Part shown: positions 40,095-48,174 of the stretch, piece after piece
How positions within the stretch are numbered: the stretch's first letter is position 1
Layout of the letters: each line of letters opens with the position of its first letter
Assembly: GCA_963817955.1 (NCBI GenBank)
Contig: CAWFQK010000002.1
Location: 224,001 to 288,000, forward strand
From: an uncultured Gemmatimonadaceae bacterium
Lineage (GTDB): Bacteria; Gemmatimonadota; Gemmatimonadetes; Gemmatimonadales; Gemmatimonadaceae
Reading direction: 5' to 3'
DNA: 64,000 nt
Position numbers and translations under genes: made by a program
The notes under the pieces: model-generated
Databases searched by the model: none
What the model saw: only the letters and a program-made list of their open reading frames with translations
What the model was told of the DNA's origin: nothing

Positions 40095-42596
40095 TCACTC
40101 AGTCCGTAACGCCACCTGCGGATCGACGCGCGACGCTCGCCGCGCGGGTATCCAACTGGCCGCGATGACGACGGTGAGCAGCGTCAGCGTCACGAACGCG
40201 AACACCACCGGGTCGTTTGGCGACTCGTTGAACAGGAGCGGCTTCACCCACCGCGCCGCAGACAGCGCGGCGATCGCGCCAACGGCCAGGCCGATGGCGC
40301 CGATCGTCACGCCGTCGCGCACCACGAGCGTAATCACGTCCCGGGCCTGTGCCCCGAGCGCGACACGCACACCCATCTCGTGCGTCCGCTGCGCCACGTT
40401 GTAGGCAATCACGCTGTACAATCCCACGGCGGCGAGCACCAGCGCGAGCAGGCCGAACGCAACGAACATCGTGGCGCCCAGCTCCCACGACTTGGTCACG
40501 GACCCGACAATCTCTCGGAACGGCGTCGTGGTCACGTACGACGCACCGGGCATTTCTCGCTGGAGGCGGCGGCGTACGGCATCAACCGAATGGCTGGCGT
40601 CGCCGACCACGCGGAGCGCCAATCCTCCCCTGGCCGTGAACTGCGTCGCCGGCAGGTAGTACATATACACGCCCGAGTCGCTGCTGATGCTCTGCTGCCG
40701 GATGTCCTCGGCGACGCCCACCACCGTCGTGCACGGCACTGTGTCCGCGTTGACGCGCATGCATTGCCCGATCGCGTCGCGTCCCGGCCAGAGCGTCTTT
40801 GCCATACCCTGGCTCACGACGGCAACCTTGGGTGCGAGCGGAGAGTCGCCATCGACGAACCCGCGCCCGCGTACGATGCGCGTGCCGAACGTTGCGAAGT
40901 AGTCCGGGCTCACCGAGTTGAGATTGAATTGGCCAAGCCGGCTCGTTGTGTCGATCCCCTGCACGAACAGTCCTACGCTCCACGAGCTCCAGAACGGCAC
41001 CGCGGCATTCAGGCTTGCATGCGTGACGCCGGGAATCGTCTTCGCGGCATCGAGTAGGCGTTGGTCGAGCTGCGCCTTGCGCGCGCTGTCGAGCGTCACG
41101 CCGCGCATGTTGAGGTTGACGAGCATCACCTGGTCCACGTCGTATCCGAGACGGAGCGACCGAACGTGATCCAGGCTGCGCACGAACAGGCCGGCGCCCA
41201 CGAGGAGCACCACGGACAACGCCGCCTGTAACACGAGCAACACGGCGCGGAGCCGCGACCGCGCGTTCGTCCCTTCGCGCGCGCCCGATTTGAGATCGTC
41301 CACCAGGCTCTCGTTGGCGCGCGACGTCTGCAACATGGGCGCGACGCCGCTCAGGAGACCGACGACCACCGCCGCGATGCCGGCGAAGAGCACCGTGCGC
41401 GGATCCCGGAAGACCATCGTCGGCGCCGACGTGGTGAGAAGCACCGCGCGCAGCGCCGCGCCACCCCACTGCGCCACGAGCAATCCGGCAACGCCGCCAA
41501 TGCACGCAAGCAGTACGCTTTCCGTGAGCAACTGGAAGAAGAGCCGCCCGCGACTCACGCCGAGCGCTATGCGAACCGCCACTTCGCGCCGCCGACGTAA
41601 CGCACGGGCGAGCAGCAGATTCGCCACATTCGCGCAGGCAATGAGCAGGACCACGAGCGACACGCCGCCCACCCATGTCGCCACCTTCGCGAGGCTCGAT
41701 TCATTCGGTCCGCGCTCGGAGAGAATCGATGCGGCAATGGCGTGCGGCTTGGCGAGCGCGATCGGTGTGTTGCCTTTGTGTTCCTCGAGCTGAAGCAGAT
41801 AGCTCTGCCGCGCCGCGTTTGTGAGGTCGGCGTTTGCGCGATCTAGCGTCACGCCAGGCTTGCGTCGCACCACCATCGACATCCAACTCCAACTGTACGT
41901 CTTCGGCCAGGTGAGGCCGTTCTTCAGCCAAAGGAATCCCTGCGCCTGCGTTCCGGCGAAGTTGGTGATCGGAATGAACGCGACTGGCGGTTGGTCGGGC
42001 CACAGGCCGACGAATCCGGCCGGTGCGACACCGATTACGGTGAAGATCGTTGGGCCGATTTGTACCTTGCTGCCCAGAGCATCCTTCCGCTCGCCGAAGT
42101 GTGTGCTCCAGAACGCGTGACTCAGCACCACAACGGGCTGACCCTCCGGCGGCAAGTCTTCCCCGGCCGCAAAGTAGCGGCCGAGCGCAGGGGGCGCGTC
42201 AAAGAACGAAAAGAAACTCGCGCTCACCGCGCCGATCGACATCTCGCGAGCCGACTCGCCAACGCCCACCGCGAGATCCCGCCGCGTGTAGGCAGCCGTG
42301 CCGCTGAACGACGTCGTGAACTTCGACAAGTCTACGTAGCGCGCGTACGGATACCCCCCCGCCGCGCGCTCCTTTCCGCGAAAAGACGAGTAGTAATAGA
42401 CGCGGTGCGCCGTTTGCGGATCGCGCAACATCGGCGGCGGCCGAAAGAGCATCCGGTCCACGATGCCGAACATCGCGGCGTTTGCCCCTATTCCAAGCGC
42501 GAGGGTAAGGACGACGGCAATGGTGAACCCCGGCTTCGCGCGAAGTCCGCGCAGGGTGTAGCGCACGTCCTGACGAAACGCCTCGAGCATGGTCAT
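40095..42596 (-). CDS. ADOP-type duplicated MacB/FtsX ABC permease
   Basis: TLALGIGANAAMF, LIACANVANLLLAR, RTHEMGVRVALGA, PARRASRVDP. Confidence 0.9.
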   Translation of the reverse strand: MTMLEAFRQDVRYTLRGLRAKPGFTIAVVLTLALGIGANAAMFGIVDRMLFRPPPMLRDPQTAHRVYYYSSFRGKERAAGGYPYARYVDLSKFTTSFSGTAAYTRRDLAVGVGESAREMSIGAVSASFFSFFDAPPALGRYFAAGEDLPPEGQPVVVLSHAFWSTHFGERKDALGSKVQIGPTIFTVIGVAPAGFVGLWPDQPPVAFIPITNFAGTQAQGFLWLKNGLTWPKTYSWSWMSMVVRRKPGVTLDRANADLTNAARQSYLLQLEEHKGNTPIALAKPHAIAASILSERGPNESSLAKVATWVGGVSLVVLLIACANVANLLLARALRRRREVAVRIALGVSRGRLFFQLLTESVLLACIGGVAGLLVAQWGGAALRAVLLTTSAPTMVFRDPRTVLFAGIAAVVVGLLSGVAPMLQTSRANESLVDDLKSGAREGTNARSRLRAVLLVLQAALSVVLLVGAGLFVRSLDHVRSLRLGYDVDQVMLVNLNMRGVTLDSARKAQLDQRLLDAAKTIPGVTHASLNAAVPFWSSWSVGLFVQGIDTTSRLGQFNLNSVSPDYFATFGTRIVRGRGFVDGDSPLAPKVAVVSQGMAKTLWPGRDAIGQCMRVNADTVPCTTVVGVAEDIRQQSISSDSGVYMYYLPATQFTARGGLALRVVGDASHSVDAVRRRLQREMPGASYVTTTPFREIVGSVTKSWELGATMFVAFGLLALVLAAVGLYSVIAYNVAQRTHEMGVRVALGAQARDVITLVVRDGVTIGAIGLAVGAIAALSAARWVKPLLFNESPNDPVVFAFVTLTLLTVVIAASWIPARRASRVDPQVALRTE

Positions 42597-42636
42597 CCGC
42601 GTCCTGTAGAAGTTGTCCGAGGTTGGACACCACGAG

Positions 42637-43056
42637 TCACCCGACAGTTGTGTCGAGAATCGCCGGATCCGACTCCCCGGATACATCCGCATCCCGCTCA
42701 ACCTGTGGCGCCGCGACTTCCCCCCCGAGCCGATTGCTGCGCTGTCGGCGAGTCGAAACACGCTGTGGCAGGCGCTCGTCCTCAAGGATGAGCCCGACGA
42801 TGTCGGTTTCAGTCGCCGCCAGACGACCGACGCGGTCTCCGAGTCCCAGCACCCAAAGCACCGTTGCATAGACTCCAAGACTGACCCCCGGATCGCCCCG
42901 CTCGACGCGCAGCAGCGTCGGACGACTGTTCTGCGCCCGCTCGGCGACCATCGTCGTCGTGAGACGCCGACGTCGACGGGCGTGCTGAATGTCCACGCCG
43001 AGGCTAGCCAGGGCGCTGCGGACAGCAATGGGGAGAAGTGGCGTCTTCCTTGGCAC
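42637..43056 (-). CDS. XRE/HipB-like HTH antitoxin-type protein (orphan)
   Basis: LGVDIQHARRRR...AERA...RVERGDPGVSLGVYATVLWVLGL...ERLPQRV. Confidence 0.75.
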   Translation of the reverse strand: MPRKTPLLPIAVRSALASLGVDIQHARRRRRLTTTMVAERAQNSRPTLLRVERGDPGVSLGVYATVLWVLGLGDRVGRLAATETDIVGLILEDERLPQRVSTRRQRSNRLGGEVAAPQVERDADVSGESDPAILDTTVG

Positions 43057-43069
43057 GCACTAAAGCGAC

Positions 43070-43106
43070 ATATCTTTTACGCTACCTGGAATAGCGCAAA
43101 ATATAT
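43070..43106. promoter_or_regulatory. Imperfect inverted repeat upstream of the HTH gene (putative autoregulatory operator)
   Basis: ATATCTTTTACGCTA-N7-TAGCGCAAAATATAT, 13/15 complementary. Confidence 0.5.
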
Positions 43107-43155
43107 CTTCCCGTGGCGCTGCGAACAGCGTTTGATGCAACCGCCCATGCGGTTG

Positions 43156-43344
43156 CTACCGGCTCAGGCCGATCTGCTGCATGAACGACACGAGCGTGAC
43201 CACGACGTTGTGCCGGTGTCGCGCCCCGAACACCTTCATGACCTGCGCGTTCCACGCATCGTCGAGCGTTTGCGTCAACTCCATGTTGTGAGCCTCGCGA
43301 GACGACGTGCTCGCGGTGGTCTCACGTGCATCTGTTACGCTCAT
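43156..43344 (-). pseudogene. Internally deleted ester cyclase (SnoaL-like) remnant
   Basis: N-terminus NMELTQTLDDAWNAQ..H..VVV joined directly to a C-terminus LVSFMQQIGLS. Confidence 0.65.
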
Positions 43345-43374
43345 GCTTGGTATAGCGCGTTGTTTGAGGCGCTG

Positions 43375-44316
43375 TCACACACCTGGGCGCTCGAGCGCTG
43401 CGCGATCCCAACGCCCCAGCGTCGCCGCCGTGTCATACGTGCTGTTGAAGAAAGCGAGCAGCGCGCGGTCGGACTCGTCCGCCGTGCGCACCGCATCATG
43501 CGGTAAGATCCACTCGCGGAGAACCGGGTGATACGCACCAGCGGCGGGAAGAATGGGTGCGGCGGCGCAGCCGGCCGGCTCGGGATACGCATACGCGTAA
43601 AACGCGGGCTCATCCACTACGCCGCCCCCAGGCCACCAACCTGCGCTGATGCACTCGTGCGAATACGCCTCGCGCGTCACGTAATCCGGGCAGTTTGGCA
43701 CGCCCCCTGGATGCGGCGGTGCGCGCCGGCCTGAGAACCGCGTGCACGACAGATCGAAGCTCCCCCACCAGAAGTGTACTGGGCTGCACTTGCCCAGGAA
43801 GCCGCTTCTGAACACGTGCAACAGACGGTTGGCTTGTATCAGCACCCGCCAGAACTCCCGTGCGGCGCCCGCGTCGTACGCACCGTGGATCTCATCCTGA
43901 TCGAAGGGAATGACGTCCGGCAATTCCACGGGACGCGCGTGAATGCTCACGGGCACGCCGAGCGCGTGCAGCGCCCCCATCGTCTCATGATAGAAGTCCG
44001 CCACCGAGCGCGGTGCCAGTGCCACGTCGCGTCTCCCGCCCGCGCTGGTCTCGATGCAGAGTGTCTCATTCAGGAAATCGAACCGCACCTCAACAGCCTG
44101 ACCATTGTACGGCATTGCCGACGTGGTCAGTCCACGGGCGTCAACGTAGAGCGTGACCTGCCACCAGTGATTCACCATCGGCGCCAGCGCGAGCCGTATC
44201 TTGCCGACGATCTGCGTCCACAGATGCAGCGTATCCTTCGTCTCGCGCCAGGATGCGAGTGGCAGTACCGGCCATGCTCCGCCCGACGCCGGAATCACCG
44301 ACGCGGGCAGACTCAC
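43375..44316 (-). CDS. DUF5996 family protein
   Basis: TLHLWTQIVGK, NHWWQV, SPVHFWWGSFDL, REAYSHE, FYAYAYPEP. Confidence 0.85.
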   Translation of the reverse strand: MSLPASVIPASGGAWPVLPLASWRETKDTLHLWTQIVGKIRLALAPMVNHWWQVTLYVDARGLTTSAMPYNGQAVEVRFDFLNETLCIETSAGGRRDVALAPRSVADFYHETMGALHALGVPVSIHARPVELPDVIPFDQDEIHGAYDAGAAREFWRVLIQANRLLHVFRSGFLGKCSPVHFWWGSFDLSCTRFSGRRAPPHPGGVPNCPDYVTREAYSHECISAGWWPGGGVVDEPAFYAYAYPEPAGCAAAPILPAAGAYHPVLREWILPHDAVRTADESDRALLAFFNSTYDTAATLGRWDRAALERPGV

Positions 44317-44609
44317 CGTGACTGCCGCGCCGGCACGGGGGCAGGCTCGATGACGAGATCGTCGACGTAGCACCATCCCCAGTCCTCGCCTGGCTCGAAG
44401 CTCCGAATGACTGGGTGGGACGTGGCGTGGAAGTGCTTCGTCGCATGCTTGCCGGGGGAATTGTCACAGCAGCCGACATGGCCGCACGTGAGGCAGAGCC
44501 GGAGGTGGACCCACCGACCACCCGTTTTCAAGCATTCTTCGCAGCCTTGCGGCGTGCGGGGCGTGACGTCGTGGACTTGATCCAGGTGCGTGCACTGGGT
44601 GGCGCCCAT
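44313..44609 (-). CDS. UBP-type zinc finger protein
   Basis: CEEC, WVHLRLCLTCGHVGCCDNS, HATKH, SFEPGEDWGWCYVD. Confidence 0.9.
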   Translation of the reverse strand: MGATQCTHLDQVHDVTPRTPQGCEECLKTGGRWVHLRLCLTCGHVGCCDNSPGKHATKHFHATSHPVIRSFEPGEDWGWCYVDDLVIEPAPVPARQSR

Positions 44610-44611
44610 GG

Positions 44612-45178
44612 CTATTCGCCGTCCTTCACGAACTGTACTTCGCCCTCGATTCGCACCTTGTTCGCGACGAGCACACCGCCCGTCTCGATCGCCTGGTTCC
44701 ACTTGAGTCCCCACTCGCGCCGATCGATCTCCCCGCGGAAGCTGAACCCCGCGCGCGTCTTGCCCCAGGGGTCCTTCCCACGACCCTGGTATTCGCAGTC
44801 GAGCACGACCTCCATCGGCGTGTCTCGAATCGTCAGCATGCCAACGAGACGGAAGCGGTCGCCTTCCTCGTGCGGCGCATCGCCGTCGATGCGCGTACTG
44901 CGGAACGTGATCGTAGAGTGGTTGTCCGCGTCGAAGAAATCGGCACTGCGCAGGTGCGCGTCGCGATCGGCGACCCCGGTGTCAATGCTCGCCACTTGAA
45001 GCGTCACGTCGACGCCAACCTCATCCGGGTGCTCACGGTCGCCGCGAAGCGTTGCCTGAACGTCCTTGAAGCGGCCTCGCACAGTGGTCATCATCATGTG
45101 CTTCACCGTGAACTCAACGCTCGAGTGCGCCGGATCGAGCTGCCAGGTAGTCGTCGCCGTGTGCGAGCTGGAAGCCAT
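44612..45178 (-). CDS. YceI-family protein
   Basis: WQLDPAHSSVEF, SIDTG..RDAHLRSADFFD, DPWG; RBS GAGGAGG. Confidence 0.92.
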   Translation of the reverse strand: MASSSHTATTTWQLDPAHSSVEFTVKHMMMTTVRGRFKDVQATLRGDREHPDEVGVDVTLQVASIDTGVADRDAHLRSADFFDADNHSTITFRSTRIDGDAPHEEGDRFRLVGMLTIRDTPMEVVLDCEYQGRGKDPWGKTRAGFSFRGEIDRREWGLKWNQAIETGGVLVANKVRIEGEVQFVKDGE

Positions 45179-45228
45179 ATATCCCTCCTCACTGGTGTGA
45201 TGCCGCTGCCGTAGAACACCTCGGACCG

Positions 45229-45244
45229 CGCGAGGATCGTACCA
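45229..45244 (-). promoter_or_regulatory. Putative sigma-54 promoter of the yceI operon
   Basis: TGGTACGATCCTCGCG (GG-N10-GC). Confidence 0.35.
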
Positions 45245-45394
45245 CGCGACGTCGGACACCTCGACTCACGTCAGTAGGCACCGCGCATCGAGCTCAGCGC
45301 TGCGGGTCGCTTGCTGTGTGGCTTACCGACGAGGTCGGAGCACTGTGCCCGTTGTGCGCTTCTTGGGGCATGGAATCGTCGTCGACGACATCGA

Positions 45395-45994
45395 TCATTC
45401 CTCCGGACTGCGGGCCCTCAAAGCACGCTCCATCAAGTCGGACACGTCCAATCTCCCCGCCCATTCGCATAGATAGGCGCCGTCGAGTCGAGTTGATTGG
45501 GCGTTCACGATCCCGACCACATCACGCCACTGTCGTTCCGATGCGTGTCCACCACGCCGATACCACTCCAGCTTCCGCAGTATCGTATCCTCCGCGGTGT
45601 CGACGAACAGGGTGACCGCCTCGGAACCGCTCGAGAACACGACGGGCACCCGTCGCTTCAGGCGCTCGCGATCGAATGCATCAACGCCAGCGACAAAGAT
45701 GTCGGCCTTCACGGCGGTAGGCACGTGGATGACGTTGAATGCGCCGCCCGCGCCGACTGCTTCGGCAACCGCGTCGCGAGAGACATACCACTCGGCACCG
45801 ATCGCATCGACGAAGGCATCCACGTCGCCCTGGTGAAGATCGGCGACCATGTCGATATCGTTCGTCGAACGTGGTTCGCCGTGAACCGAGCTGGCAAACG
45901 AACCGCCGATGACGTACGAGACGCCGATTCGAGTCAAACAATCGGCGATGTGACTCGCTACTGCGATCGGCTCCGGGAGCGAATCAGGCGCCAT
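45395..45994 (-). CDS. Nucleotidyltransferase-fold protein (AbiEii/MenT-like motifs)
   Basis: YVIGGSFASSVHGEPRSTNDIDMV, EDTILRKL, RQWRDV. Confidence 0.75.
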   Translation of the reverse strand: MAPDSLPEPIAVASHIADCLTRIGVSYVIGGSFASSVHGEPRSTNDIDMVADLHQGDVDAFVDAIGAEWYVSRDAVAEAVGAGGAFNVIHVPTAVKADIFVAGVDAFDRERLKRRVPVVFSSGSEAVTLFVDTAEDTILRKLEWYRRGGHASERQWRDVVGIVNAQSTRLDGAYLCEWAGRLDVSDLMERALRARSPEE

Positions 45995-46241
45995 CCCGAG
46001 CGCCATAAACGCGATCAACTAGCTCATCACCCAACCGCAACCGGGCGAGCCGCAGGAGAAGCTCCTCTCGCGATTCGTCCGGATAGCGCGACGCCAGGCC
46101 GGCAAGCGCGAGTCGGCTTACCGCCAGCGTCAACTCGCTCATTCGCGTCAGCTTCTCAGCCGCCGTCATCGACGCATAAAGCTGTTGCTGCACTCTCCGC
46201 GCGTCGGCGGATGTATCGTCAAGCCGTGGTGGTCGGACCAT
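45984..46241 (-). CDS. Small helical protein, putative partner/antitoxin of the nucleotidyltransferase
   Basis: DTSADARRVQ..MTAAEKL..ALAGLASRYP; overlaps the next gene by 11 nt. Confidence 0.65.
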   Translation of the reverse strand: MVRPPRLDDTSADARRVQQQLYASMTAAEKLTRMSELTLAVSRLALAGLASRYPDESREELLLRLARLRLGDELVDRVYGARDGA

Positions 46242-46290
46242 AGAAGTGAATATACGGGTCCGTCCGAGATCGCAGCCAATCCCTGCGCTG

Positions 46291-47652
46291 CTACACCAGT
46301 GGCCCGGCGGCACGGTCGACACCGGCGAGCGCCTTGCGAATTGTGGTACGTCGCGGCCGCGGCACGCCCGCCGCCTCGGCGAACTCGGGCCAGCGCTCGA
46401 CAGCGGCGCTTACCTCCTCCATGATCCCGCGCACGCGCGCGGCAGGAACGGCCCCAACTTCCTGTGCCAGCTCTTGCATACCAGCACGCGTCGGCCGCGC
46501 ACCGTTTCCATTGATGGAGGTCGTGTGCTCACCGTTCATGCCTGCGGAGAACGTGAGATCGTACGCTGGCGAGAGGCACCACTCGCCCACGGCGTTCATC
46601 GTGTACGCGAAGTTCCGCACGTGGTCGTCCCGATTGTGCGCGAGCACATTGAACACCATGCGCCGCACCGCCTCCGCGGCTTCCGCCACACTCTGGGTTA
46701 GCTGTAGGGTCGCGGAGAGGAAGTCCCTATAGTCGCAGGATGGCGTCCTATAGTCGGAGTGGATCAGACCGCCGAGTGTGTGAACATGAACACGCTGCGC
46801 GAAGCCCGGGCCCACGCGATCGAAGCGCCGGATACCGAAGAACCGGCGGCCATCCGGCACCTCGAAGAGAAACGTCGGCGGCATCACGATCCCTGCTGCA
46901 CGAGCCATCGCCGCATACGCTGATTCCACTGCGCCGGCATCAGGTCCATCCGGCTGCGCAGGGAACTTGATGATCCACGGCTCGTAGCCCTCGGGGGTCT
47001 CGAGCGCCCGACCCGCGAGCTCCGGATAGCCACCCGCTACCACCTTGGGCGAACCCCCGCCGGCGTCGTCGGCAAACGCGACAGCAGCCAGCACCTTTGG
47101 ACGCGCCCCACCTGGCGAGCCACCGCCAGCAAGGAGTGCGGGTAACACCTGTTCAGCGACACCCTGATACAGCCGCGCGGCATGGTCGGCCACTTCAGCG
47201 AGTTCGGGTCGCCAGCGCCACTGATCGTTTGGTTCCTCAGCGCGTTCGGCGACGGGAGCAGAACGCGCGGCATCTGCATCCGGATCGAGCTCAATCACGG
47301 GATCGAATGCGAGGGCCCCAATTCCCGATAACCCTACCGCCGCGAGTCGGTCGAGCGGCGTGATCTCGTGTTGGGCGATGCCAAGCCTGCCAAATGCGCG
47401 ATCCTGCAGGAGTCGTCCCCATCCGTCAGGCATCGCATCGAAGAAAATGCCGTGCAGCTGCTCGAAGTCGCGGTCCGGATGCTCCTGAATGCCAGCACGG
47501 CGCTCGAGCGCGAAGGGCGACACCGGCAGCCAGTCCGCCAGGAACTCGGGAGCGAACTCGAAGAAGATGCGTGGGCCATCCGCCGCGAGCGTGCCGAGGG
47601 GTCGAGGGACCGCAGGGTCAAAGACGAGATTGACGCGGAGCCTCCGCATCAC
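46291..47652 (-). CDS. hipA: HipA-family Ser/Thr kinase toxin
   Basis: PDGWGR, SPGGARPK, WIIKFP, RFDR, NRDDHVRNF, LSPAYD. Confidence 0.92.
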   Translation of the reverse strand: MMRRLRVNLVFDPAVPRPLGTLAADGPRIFFEFAPEFLADWLPVSPFALERRAGIQEHPDRDFEQLHGIFFDAMPDGWGRLLQDRAFGRLGIAQHEITPLDRLAAVGLSGIGALAFDPVIELDPDADAARSAPVAERAEEPNDQWRWRPELAEVADHAARLYQGVAEQVLPALLAGGGSPGGARPKVLAAVAFADDAGGGSPKVVAGGYPELAGRALETPEGYEPWIIKFPAQPDGPDAGAVESAYAAMARAAGIVMPPTFLFEVPDGRRFFGIRRFDRVGPGFAQRVHVHTLGGLIHSDYRTPSCDYRDFLSATLQLTQSVAEAAEAVRRMVFNVLAHNRDDHVRNFAYTMNAVGEWCLSPAYDLTFSAGMNGEHTTSINGNGARPTRAGMQELAQEVGAVPAARVRGIMEEVSAAVERWPEFAEAAGVPRPRRTTIRKALAGVDRAAGPLV

Positions 47653-48032
47653 CGTTTCTGGTCTCGCGGCGCGCCTGTCGCAGTCGACGCAGACTCAATT
47701 TCTTGGGCGCGCGCGCGCTGCCGAGGTGCGCGCACACGCGTGGCGGTGGCCCGCGCATCCTCCAGCGCGTCCAAGCTCAGCGCCGCGACCGCCGGCTCGG
47801 CGAACAGAGTCTCCCATTCGGCGAGCGTGCCAAGCGCGAAGGCAATCCGCAGCAGGCTCTCGATGGTGCCCTGACCAGTCTGCTCAAACCGCTTGACAGT
47901 ATCCCTCGAAACCCCGGCCTTTGCCGCGAGAGCCTCGCGACTGAGCCCGCCTGCGATTCGCCGCTGGCGTACGCGCTTGGACATCGACACAGCCACAGAC
48001 AATGGCGTCCGCGAGACGGTGGATATTTTCAC
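47649..48032 (-). CDS. hipB: HipB-like XRE antitoxin
   Basis: RRIAGGLSREALAAKAGVSRDTVKRFEQTG; GTGA coupling to hipA; RBS GAGG. Confidence 0.85.
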   Translation of the reverse strand: MKISTVSRTPLSVAVSMSKRVRQRRIAGGLSREALAAKAGVSRDTVKRFEQTGQGTIESLLRIAFALGTLAEWETLFAEPAVAALSLDALEDARATATRVRAPRQRARAQEIESASTATGAPRDQKR

Positions 48033-48174
48033 CTTTACCTCACTGAGTGAGATGTAACGGCGTAATTTACCGCCTTTAGCGATTATGCGTACCCCAGGCT
48101 GGCCGGCGCGAATAGCCTTCTTCAAGAGTACGGTGACGTGGGATCCACCGCAGTACGGGATCTCATGACCTACA

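Noticed and set aside
42597..43028. 977-aa version of the ADOP ORF
   Set aside because: Extension overlaps the HTH gene in another frame; the permease-like sequence starts near 42596
43344..43363. Near-identity of TGCTTGGTATAGCGCGTTG to 3737-3754
   Set aside because: Short, contains an indel and sits in a different gene context; probably chance
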